Positions 53,764 through 64,000 of a stretch of DNA of 64,000 nucleotides are shown in pieces. The notes under the pieces were generated by a model. It was not told where the DNA came from. It ran no database searches and saw nothing but the letters and a program-made list of their open reading frames with translations. The translations under genes and the position numbers were made by a program. The first letter of the stretch is position 1. The number at the start of each line of letters is the position of its first letter. The DNA lies in NCBI GenBank assembly GCA_951406725.2, contig OX597819.1:42346001-42410000 (forward strand), written 5' to 3'. This DNA comes from Octopus vulgaris. Its lineage: Eukaryota.

Positions 53764-54262
53764 ATTTAGATATGGCTAACCCCTAAGGGTGGATGCTACT
53801 GTGGTTTGTAGCCCCAGGAGGACACCTCCTCCAGCTGGCTTGCCCTATCAGTATTTACAAAGGGAAGCTATCCTTTCCGTCTTCAACTTATGATACACAC
53901 GGACTCGGGTTTCTGGGTATTGACCCGTCATCAGCGTGTAACAATCACATTTGTCAATGAGAAGTAGGTCTCCTTCACAAATACTTATACCTTTTTCCAG
54001 TATCGATAGACACTGATATCGAAAAAGTGTAAACAAGCAATAATAAATCGCAAAGCGAGTTATAAACACTAGCTACAACACATCGTGACGTATATATGCC
54101 ATTTAAATATGGCTAACCCCTAAGGGTGGATGCTACTGTAGTTTGTAGCCCCAGGAGGACACCTCCTCCAGCTGGCTATAGACACACTTTCTGTGCCCTA
54201 TCAGTATTTGCAAAGGGAAGCCATCCTTCCCATCTTCAACTTATGATACACTCGGACTCGAG
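53755..54262 (-). mobile_element. Retrozyme-like partial tandem (about 1.5 units of about 340-355 bp) in (TA)n
   Basis: gccattta.atatggctaacccctaagggtggatgctactgt at 53761 and 54098; same family as 29083-29555. Confidence 0.82.
53897..53939 (-). ncRNA. Type-I hammerhead ribozyme, canonical core and GUC site
   Basis: ACACG-CUGAUGA-C-GGGU(CAAU)ACCC-A-GAAA-CCCGAG-UC-CGUGU. Confidence 0.88.
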
Positions 54263-54305
54263 GTTATTATATATATACATATATATATATACATAAAGCT
54301 TCCCG

Positions 54306-54354
<49 letters not shown>

Positions 54355-54357
<3 letters not shown>

Positions 54358-54795
54358 AGAGTTTACGAAAAAAACAATTGACGACGATGGTCAGGTGAAA
54401 TGTTTTTTTTTTCTCTCTCTTCTATCTTTTCTGTTTTCAAAAGAATGTTTCTCACACCTTTCACTATTTACCTCTCGTTCTGGTCTAACGCCCCTGCATG
54501 TTTGTTTTCGTTCAGTTTCCTTGTATGTCTCCACTGTCATGTTTTCGTTCCCAACTCTGACCCTCCATAAATCCTAAATTTTAGTTTAGAATTTATGGGT
54601 GCAACTGTCTTTGAAATCTCATATTGTCGTTGAATACTCGAAATGAGGGGTAGATAGACAGCTGACAACTGATGAAGGGTCCTTTCTCTGTGTTTACTTG
54701 CCTTGTTTTCTATTTTTTTCTCGTTGTTTATGTATTTAATACATTTCTTTACGTATTTCATGTTGTTTGCACCGTTTGTGATGTCCTGTACCCAT
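54355..54795 (+). mobile_element. PLE-type terminal fragments between (TA)n tracts
   Basis: Contains actgatgaaggg and ends tcctgtacccatat, like the reverse of 39590-39890. Confidence 0.4.
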
Positions 54796-54801
54796 ATATG
54801 C

Positions 54802-54847
<46 letters not shown>

Positions 54848-55026
54848 TAATATATATCTATATATATATATTGATAGATAAATAAATATGTACGTAGACA
54901 GATAGATCGATAGATAGATACACATGTATATATATTTGTATATATATGCGTGTGTATATATATGCATATACGAGATTACATTTGCATCTGTGAGTCTATC
55001 TATCTAACTATCTATCTATCTATCTA

Positions 55027-55095
<69 letters not shown>

Positions 55096-55979
55096 AGAGA
55101 GAGAGAGATGTATATGTAAATACACACACTCGCGCACACACACATATATTTCCTATCTTATATTACAGAATATATTTGGGTATTTAGATGTAAACACCTT
55201 ATCTTTATACTCATTTACGTGGCGCGAAAAAGAGGGATCTATCAAACTAAATTTCAACTTTCCAACTAAATTTAATCCATCGTTCGGATATCAGCAGCGA
55301 GCGAGCAACCGCTATAACTGATCAAGGAGAAATTGCTTATAAAACTGTTCTCAGTAAGAGATTGGCTTGATCTATTTGCATAAACAACGCATTTTTGGCT
55401 GCTAGTGCAGTAAATAAATCATTGGTGCGTCAGTCTACTAATGAGAGTGTTCTGTGCTGATGGAATCATAAAACAACCTATACTGAAATTGGTCCAAATG
55501 AACCCTCGTTTTCTGTTGATAAAGATATTGTATATATAAAACGTTGTGTTTACTTACGCCTATATACATAGTATTGTTTGAACGACAAATAGAAGACCCT
55601 TTGTACCTTATAGTAGACTGCACGGCCTATACACCATTTTTCTCCTTTTTCTTCTGTTCTAGGGCTTATAAGGCCGGCTGCCCCATTTCCATGGAGTATA
55701 GTTCACCGAGATCATCCTATTCGCCCTGAAGGGGGCGCCAGGCTGTTGCAGGGAGCAAAGCTAGCAATTTTGAGGGAAGGAGCCAAGTTGATTACATCGA
55801 TCTTAAATACTACTTTAATTTATTGACCGCAAAGGGATTACAGGCAGAGTTGGCCACGACGGGATCTAATCTCAGAAAGTAAATAGCTGGAAGAAAAGCC
55901 GCTATGCATTTTGTCACGTGTAGAAACTATTATTTTTTCCCTACAAAGTACGGAACTGTAGAAATGCGTAGCATACTCC

Positions 55980-56011
<32 letters not shown>

Positions 56012-56013
<2 letters not shown>

Positions 56014-56222
56014 GTTTCAAATTTTGGCACAAGGCCAGTCATTTTGGTGAGGGGAAGTCGATTACATCATCTCCAGTATACAACCAGTATTTATTTTATT
56101 GACCACGAACGGATAAAAGGAAAAGTCGACCTCGGTGGAATTTGAACTCAGAACGTAAAGGCGAACGAAATGCTGCTAGGCTTTTCGACCAACGTTGCTA
56201 ACGATTCTGTCAGCTTACCGTC
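56012..56222 (-). mobile_element. SINE family C with (ATT)n tail
   Basis: Reverse match to 42556-42775; an older copy lies at about 55760-55920. Confidence 0.8.
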
Positions 56223-56961
56223 TTCTGCATACCATTGCGATGGTGTAATTTGGAAATGAAGTCGTGAAGGTCTTGAAATGTCGGCAGATCGAACGACAGC
56301 GAAGAGGTCGTCGCATCGGCATTGCTTTGTTGGTGAGAATTAGTGAGTAGAAAGTGAAGTGACAAGCGGGTGTGGCGATGAACATTCGGGTGGGGAGTCT
56401 GTTGTGGTTTTGATGTTGGCTTATCATTGAGAATAGTCAAGAGAGAAGTAGAATGGTTGTGTGTATGATGCCAGGAGTGATATTAAGATAACCTGACACT
56501 GGCTGGCCTTTAGCGTTCATTTATTGCAGTGAAGCTGAGCCAGTCTTGACATGTGACCCCCTGGGAATAAATACATTAATCGACGGTGGTGGTGCTAGTG
56601 CTGCTGAGAAAGGTGCAGATACTTCTTATTGAAATTCACATAAACACCACAAACACACACCCATAGGCACCCACTCACACACACACACACATATAGGTAT
56701 ACATACACAAGCTACTGCACACCAACTCACGGATACGTTTATACTCCCTTTCTTCCGAGCCAGACAGTGTTTTTGTGTTTCTTAAACATTTCTTTTTCTG
56801 TCTGTCTGTCCCTCTCTTTCTTTTACTCTCTCTCTCTCTCTCTTTCTCTCTCCCTCTCTCCATCCCTCCCTCTTTCTCTCTTCCATTAGCGCATTTCTTT
56901 GAAGTATATGTATATAACTACAGGTTATTAGTATTGTTATACTTAAGCGAAATATTAATAT

Positions 56962-57168
56962 TGGTTTCAAATTTTGGCACAAGGCTAGCAGTTTCGGGTG
57001 AGAGGAGTCAATTACATCGATACCCCCAAAGGCTCAACTGGTAATTATTTTATCACTCCAAAAGGCAAAGTCAATCCCAGTAGCATTTGAACACAGAACG
57101 TAAAGGCGCACGAAATGCCGCTAAGCAATTTGTCCGACATGCTAACCATTCTACCCGATCGCTGCCTT
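56962..57168 (-). mobile_element. SINE family C
   Basis: Reverse match to 42556-42775. Confidence 0.75.
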
Positions 57169-57309
57169 AAGCGAAAATTTAAGCCGAAATTGCAAAGATG
57201 ATCTGGAACTCGACTGAAGAAAGAAAATTCCGATTGACCCGTCCTTGTTTTGTTTTTTTTCGTGTCGTCTGTCTGGATATTTTGCGTTCTTGTCCCATTT
57301 TTGGTATTC

Positions 57310-57357
<48 letters not shown>

Positions 57358-57485
57358 ATCACGTGACCGACCAGGCCATCAGATGTTGCTACACATCGCT
57401 GGTCACAATGCGAAGCGCATTGCTTTTTAGCCTTCAATGACGCCACCCTGCTGGCTAAGCGAGCAGGCCAATATATATATATATA

Positions 57486-57730
57486 TTGATAAGAATGGTA
57501 AGACAACAAAAGAATCAAAGAGACTTCGATATTATGTAAATAGAGGAATTTATCTGTAAATGTAATATGTGACAATTATTCGGTAGCCATGATAAAACTC
57601 CGAGTTTCGGATGCCGAGGTGGAAATCCACTCTGCCATCTCTTCAGTTATCCAGCCATCGGAAAAATGCTATGAAAATCTAGCATTTCGTAGCAGTTTTT
57701 CCGATGGCCGGATAACTGAAGAGATAGCTG
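57486..57730 (-). mobile_element. HHR-bearing PLE-type terminus with short 5' inversion
   Basis: Inverted 57637-57672 and 57689-57726; the first 60 bp are paralogous to 32444-32507. Confidence 0.72.
57591..57651 (-). ncRNA. Type-I hammerhead ribozyme with extended stem II
   Basis: GAUAA-CUGAAGA-GAUG(...GUGGA-UU-UCCAC...)CAUC-C-GAAA-CUCGGAG-UU-UUAUC. Confidence 0.8.
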
Positions 57731-57825
57731 AAGGGATTGATAGATAGATAAACTCACAGATACAGATACAATCTCGTATGTGCATATATATACCAATATA
57801 TATATGTGCATCTATCTGTCTACGT

Positions 57826-57858
<33 letters not shown>

Positions 57859-57860
<2 letters not shown>

Positions 57861-58095
57861 CCAGAGTAAGCACAAAAATGCATAACAAGGCGGAAAAAAT
57901 AATACTCGAATACCAGAGGTAGAGTAATATGCTTTATTAAAAAGCACCAAAAATATCACCAAACCTGTTATTCAGAGTTTCACGTTCCCGTTCGTCGCAC
58001 AGTTTTGTTTAGAATTCTAAACAAAACTGTCCGACGAACGGGAACGTGAAACTCTGAGTAACAGCTTTTGGTGATATTTTTGCTGCTTGTTTATA
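57859..58095. mobile_element. Palindromic foldback element with an HHR-like motif in each arm
   Basis: Palindrome centred on ttagaattctaa (about 58013), arms about 75 bp; plus strand 58027-58064: CUGU-CCGACGA-ACG(GGAA)CGU-GAAA-CUCUGAG-UA-ACAG. Confidence 0.75.
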
Positions 58096-58101
58096 GAGTA
58101 T

Positions 58102-58164
<63 letters not shown>

Positions 58165-58309
58165 TGTGTAGATAGATAGATAGACACACGTACATGCACA
58201 CAAACCACATGTCTATTTCCGTCTCTGTTTCATTCATTCCACCCCCTACAGAAGCACTCTTACTTTCCACTCTGCATCATTCGTTCTTTTATATTTATCC
58301 CCTATATGA

Positions 58310-58351
<42 letters not shown>

Positions 58352-59098
58352 TTTTATGTCTATGTATGTATATATGTCTATGCATATATGTATATGTATG
58401 TATCGAGCTGATGTTGAAGCAACGCCTTCGTAGCTCAATATTCTACGCTTTTGTCGTTGTCTCTGTTTATATTTAAAAAGTCCAGTAGTTTCTCTCTTGT
58501 TCAGTGTACGTGCCATTTCTCGTTGGTGGATTAAACAGTTGGTACAGGGGCCTCTGCTTTAGTTGTAGTCTTTTGTTTATGACTCATCTGTCAATACTGG
58601 TGATAACTATATGTGCCAAGATAAGAAGTCCCAAGAGAAACATAGGACACGATTTGTAACCATATTGGGAGGCAGTTGGACAACGGAGGAGCATTAAATG
58701 GCTATGTGCTGCTGTTCAGGTTTGAAAAAGAGAATGTTGGGATTTGACAGCAGATCATATTCTTGTTTCTTCTCGTCTTGTATGTTAGAAAGTTCATTTT
58801 GTTATAACATTCACGAGAACCTTCCGCATGCACGAACACACACACACACACAGACACACACATACACACACACGTGCATACACGCATGCATACACACACA
58901 CAATTATCTTTGGGACGATGAAACTCGAAGCATGAAATCGCTATGAGTAATGGCATGTAAATATTCGGTCAGAAAACTCTTTGGATGAAAGAAGTCGAAG
59001 ACAGGAGCTGCATGTTGAGGTCGATAGATCACGTTATATAATGTGGTCGACGTATTTGTAATATCACAAAATTTTAGATAGTTGAGGTGTTGGGGTGT

Positions 59099-59410
59099 GG
59101 AGTCGCAATGGCCCAGTGGTTAGGGCAGCGGACTCGCGGTCGGAGGATCGCAGTTTCGATTCCCAGACCGGGCGTTGTGTGTGTTTGTTGAGCGAAAACA
59201 TCTAAAGCTCTACGAGGCTCCGACAGGGAGTGGTGGGGACTCCTGTTGTACTCTTTCGCCCTAACTTTCTCTCACTCTTTCTTCTTGTTTCTTGAGTAAT
59301 GCTGCTATGGACTGGCGTCCCGTCCAGGTGATGGGGAACACATACGCCATAGAAACCGGGAAACCGGGCCCATGAGCCTGGCTAGGCTTGAAAAGGGTGC
59401 ATAAATTAAT
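59099..59410 (+). mobile_element. tRNA-derived SINE family E
   Basis: tggcccagtggttagggcagcggactcg (A box), gtttcgattccc (B box), V-domain-like atggactggcgtcccgtccagg, A-rich end. Confidence 0.7.
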
Positions 59411-59740
59411 AAAAAGGTGTTGGGGTAGCGATCTGCAGGGTATTATTGTCTTACATTTTTGTTTTTTTTTTCAGTTTATGGGTGCTCGTAATTAATCATA
59501 TGTGTATGAGTGTGTTGTTGTTGTTGTTGTTTCTCTCTTCAACTGACTTCCATTTAGTTTCTCTTTCGATTATTTAGCTGCTTTTGTTCTGGGTAGGCGC
59601 GTGAATAAGCACTTTGCCTTGATACATTCATTTTGTTCAGTGTCTGTCTGTAAATATTAAGACCGCGTCATTGTTGTTGCTGCAGTTGTTGTTATTGGTT
59701 TAGTAAGAAGCTTACATTTTGTTTTCCTTTACATATGACA

Positions 59741-59816
<76 letters not shown>

Positions 59817-60174
59817 TGTTGTTGTAATAGTAGCAGCAGCAGCAGCAGCTATCTACAGCGTCGGTTTTAACAAGGTGATAGCTAAACTAGTTTTATTTCA
59901 GATACATTTTATTTTTAAAGCCGTATTAAAAATTTGTCAATACACAAAACAACTAATGTCTTAAGAAATTTACAATGCTTGCGTTAATAGTGACGGTTAT
60001 TACGAGACCCCAATTATTAAAGGTGTTAATTAGTACCATTAATAACAGGTTTAAGTTTGCCCGCTTCCGTGTTAAGAAACCATCAAGGCTCGATATAATC
60101 TTATAATTGAAGCACGAATTATTTACTTCGTATGCCTTGCATATGTTGACCGAAGATTCCCTACTCTTTTAATC

Positions 60175-60302
60175 TTTTAGTTGTTTGTCATTTGATTGCG
60201 GTCATGCTGGAGCACCACTTTTAGTCAAGCAAATCGACCCCAGGACTTATTCTTTGTTAGCCTAGTACTTATTCTATCGGTCTCTTTTGCCAAACCGCTA
60301 AG
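60175..60302 (-). mobile_element. SINE family A 3' part
   Basis: Matches the family A tail up to aaaccgctaag. Confidence 0.8.
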
Positions 60303-60877
60303 TCTGTCGGCACCCTCTTTGATCTTTTTCGGTACTCCTCTTTGGTCTCTGTCGGCAACCTCTTTGATCTCTGTCGGCACCCTCTTTGATCTTTTTCGGT
60401 ACTCCTCTTTGATCTCTTTCGGCACCCTCTTTGATCTCTGTCGCTACCCTCTTTTATCTCTTTCGGTACTCCTCTTTGATCTTTGTTGGCACCATCTTTG
60501 ATCTTTTTCGGTACTCCTCTTTGATCTCTGTCGGCACCCTCTTTGATCTCTGTCGGCACCTTCTTTGATCTCTTTCGGCACCCTCTTTGATCTCTGTCGG
60601 CACCTTCTTTGATCTTTTTCGGTACTCCTCTTTGATCTCTGTCGGCACCCTCTTTGATCTCTGTCGGCCCCTCTTTGATCTCTTTCGGCACCCTCTTTGA
60701 TGTCTGTCGGCCCTTCTTTGATCTCTTTCGGCACCCTCTTTGATCTCTGTCGGCAACCTCTTTGATCTCTTTCGACAACTTCTTTGATCTCTTTCGGTAC
60801 TCCTCTTTCATCTCTTTCGGCACCCTCTTTGATCTCTGTCGGTACCCTCTTTGATCTATGTCGGCACCCTCTTTGAT
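60303..60877 (+). repeat. Minisatellite, 20-22-bp unit (ctctttgatctct[gt]tcgg[ca/ta]c), about 27 copies
   Basis: Directly visible; source of the repetitive 224-aa minus ORF. Confidence 0.93.
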
Positions 60878-61054
60878 CGTATATAATAATAGGATATGAG
60901 ACATTTTGGCACAGCCGTTTTGGTGTCGCCTATTTGGCGTCACTGATTCGATATTGACTTACTTGATATCAAACGTTTTAATGTTACTCTCGTCCTCTTC
61001 TTCTCTATTCATTTCAATCGTATTCAATAGATAAATTGTAATCTCTCCTCTCCC

Positions 61055-61111
<57 letters not shown>

Positions 61112-61321
61112 TATATATATGTATGTATGTATTTCTGCGCGCGTACGTGTTTGCCTCTAGCGTCCAAAAGTAGAACCGCCAAAACAAACTGAATACCTGG
61201 TCGGCGGTGCCAAATCGTTTGCATCCAAACAATTACGCTTATTCTTTCAGTAATGATATTGATGTCATTACCATTTATGTGAAAATGCATTCTCTAGCCT
61301 TAATATATTATAATATAATAT

Positions 61322-61480
61322 AAGGTGGTTTATCTGGCCGAATCGTTAGTGCGCCGGGGAAAATGGTTATCGGAATTTCGTCCATCTTTACATTCTGAGT
61401 TCAAACGCTACCGGTGTCGACTTTTTCCTTTCATCCTTTCGGAGTTAATAAAATAAGTTCCAGTTGAGCACTGGGGTTAA
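61322..61480 (+). mobile_element. SINE family C, 3'-truncated
   Basis: gaatcgttag...ttctgagttcaaa...ttcatcctttcgg. Confidence 0.7.
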
Positions 61481-61654
61481 TTTAATATAATATAGAATTT
61501 AATTAATAGAATTTAATTAATATAATATAATATAGAATTTTAATATAATATAGAACATTCATGTATTCTCAATGAGATGCAATAATAAAATGTTACATTA
61601 TAACACAGAATAATAATGTTTAAATAACCAAATAATATATTCTTTTGTACACTA

Positions 61655-62030
61655 GGTACAAGGCTCGAAATTTTTAGGGAGGAGGGAACTAGTTGATTAG
61701 ATCGACCCCAGTACGCAACTGCTACTTATTTTATCGACCCCGAAAGGATAAAAGGCAAGGTCGACCTCGACGGAATTTGAACTCAGAACGTAAAGGCAGA
61801 CGAAATACCTATTTCTTTATTACCCACAAGGGGCTAAACACAGAGGGGACAAACAAGGACAGGCAAAAGGATTAAGTCGATTACATCGGCCCTAGTGTGT
61901 AACTTATCGACCCCGAAAGGATGAAAGGCAAAGTCGACCTCGGCGGAATTTGAACTCAGAACGTAACGACAGACGAAATACAGCTAAGCATTTCGCCCGA
62001 TGTGCTAACGTTTCTGCCGGCTCGCCACCT
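61655..62030 (-). mobile_element. SINE family C, partial-dimer form
   Basis: tatcgaccccgaaaggat.aaaggcaa.gtcgacctcg.cggaatttgaactcagaacgtaa occurs twice (61732 and 61906). Confidence 0.8.
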
Positions 62031-62883
62031 CGTATGGTGTAATATATCAAAATATGAAATAATATATTGTAATATAATTTAGTCATGACAAATAATGAGG
62101 CAGTTTATCTCTGGATATTTGCAGACTCTCTGTGTGTATGTGCGTGTGTTTGTGAGTGTATGTGTGTGTGTGTGACTGTGTGTCATGTGTGTGTGTGTTT
62201 GCGAGTGTGTGTGTGAGTGTGTGTTATGTGTGTGTGTGTGTATGTGTAGTTTTAAAGTGCTTCCTGGCTCATATCCAGTGATCAGTGCTCAATTTGTGAC
62301 AATAAATGACAAAAGTCCGTTACTATACTAATTGTCTACTAAGGAAGTACTAACAGGCATCTAATACACTTCATGTTTGATTGGTTCAAGTATGAACCAA
62401 CAAAGAAAGAAAGAAAAAGAAAGAGAGAAAGTAGGAATGAAAGAAAGAAAGAAAATATGTAAAAAAAAACACATACAAAAATATCAACAAAAATATCTAT
62501 TCAGAAACGTGTTTGTTTGTCTCGTCTTTGGAAGTGTCAGAGTCTTTGAATCTTGGCAAAGAACCGAAGTGCTCCCCCCCTCTCTCTCTGTTTATCTGTT
62601 TGTCTCTTTCCCTCGTTTCTGTATCTTTCTCTCTCATACACACAAACCAACAAGAGAACCTCTAAACCAGACCTTTTCAACCATTCTGACGCCAAACACT
62701 TATGTATTCATATTTCGAACACTAATTCTTTATTCAGTGTATTGGTAATGAAATTAAAAGAAAAAGAAAAAAATGTAACCCTGTTGCCAATGCTTACCTC
62801 AAAAATACCAGAAGTTTCTTGCCTCAAAAGTTCCGAAACGAACTTAAAATATTCTGTCGAGTCAAACGTTTTGGTAATTTAGT

Positions 62884-63505
62884 TACCAAGTTACAACAAA
62901 AGCCTTGTTGCATTTAAAGTAGAGGCCATCGTGTTGCACCGTCTGAAACCATTTTTCTACCAGTTCTTTGATCCCACGCTGAGACCCGTTCTTGTCCTTC
63001 GAGGTAAAGAACTCCTTCACTGAAACTTCCACTCCTCTTGGTTGATGAAGCGTGACGAGTGCAGGAAGTAAGTCATGGATCGGAACAAATAATAATCCGA
63101 GGGATAGAGTTTCCCGCAATCCTAACATGCATAAGAAGTGGTTAAACAAGGAGCAGCTTCCGGAACCTGTCGCCAAGCATGGACGTTTCGAACACAAGGG
63201 GATGTTCAGGGTTTGGTGGAATTATGAGGGGGATAATTCACTACGAGTACATATTGAATGGTCGAGCCATCGATGCCAACTTGTACTCCGAACAGTTGGA
63301 GAAGATGTATGCCATTGTGCGACAATAAATACCCGGAATTGTGCAACAAAAAATACCCGGAAGACCTCTTCTACAGCAAGACAAAGCGAGGCTTCATATC
63401 GTTCGAACGGCCCGGAATAAACTCCAGGAACTTGAGGGAATGGAACTAATGCAACACCTAGCATTTACTCTTAAATCAACTCCCTCGGATTATTACTTGT
63501 TCTAA
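62884..63505. pseudogene. Rearranged mariner remnant (C-terminus on minus, catalytic middle on plus)
   Basis: Minus strand: RGIKELVEKWFQTVQHDGLYF; plus strand: KGMFRVWWNYEG ... PSDYYLF. Confidence 0.75.
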
Positions 63506-64000
63506 TCCAAGAATCGGAACAAGTATACTCCTTGGTGATAGAATGTAATGTATGCGTAAAAATCTATTTCAAAACGTGTTTAATACCCGTTAATCATATA
63601 ACTTGATTGTTATTCATCATATGAGTGATATTGTTGGGAACGTGCTTTTCCTGATGTGGGTAATACAAGATGATGTTACACAAATGTAGTAATTATAAGT
63701 TTTACAATTATCCTTTTTTTTTCAAATTTCATTATGCTTATACAAAATAATAATACAAACACTAATTTTTCAAATAAAATAATGTATTAGCTTAAGATAT
63801 AATTTGTATTTGATGGCATATAAAACTCAGTTTTTATGAGACATTCCATCCACCCAACTCCCACACCCGCCACAACCCAGGTCTTGTATTACATGCTTTA
63901 TAGTTGCCTATGTTACATGCTTTAATATAATAAAAACTTCATTTCCTGAATATGCGCTGTTGAAATTGGGGTACATCTAATATACTTGTTTATCTTCAAT

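Noticed and set aside
56210-56440. 76-aa minus ORF ending at a GTAAGC splice-donor-like site
   Set aside because: The apparent donor coincides with the mutated 5' end of SINE C; no good in-frame acceptor or recognisable domain
60269-60943. 224-aa repetitive ORF and possible CRISPR-like array
   Set aside because: Pure tandem minisatellite with no unique spacers and no cas genes, in a eukaryotic context

Overview
AT-rich, microsatellite-saturated animal genomic DNA. The SINE and repeat repertoire suggests an octopod cephalopod, which is an inference. I can support no intact host protein-coding gene: most ORF-track entries are microsatellite artefacts or decayed transposon pieces. The window holds several tRNA-derived SINE families, mariner, piggyBac, hAT-like and pogo-like DNA transposon remnants, CR1, RTE and R4/Dong LINE fragments, Penelope-like (PLE) GIY-YIG remnants and a solo LTR. 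Two systems stand out. (1) At least 12 minimal type-I hammerhead ribozyme (HHR) motifs, from about 8 unrelated short non-coding families, mostly inserted in (TA)n tracts as partial-tandem (retrozyme-like) or 5'-inverted foldback copies. They include a natural G3:C8 core swap, two families with C at core position 4, and a tRNA-headed SINE carrying an HHR. (2) A roughly 9-kb non-autonomous Helitron cluster (30.7-39.4 kb) with head-to-tail composite units that captured a mariner fragment, plus a near-perfect palindrome with arms of about 990 bp. Coordinates were read by eye and decayed element ends are approximate.
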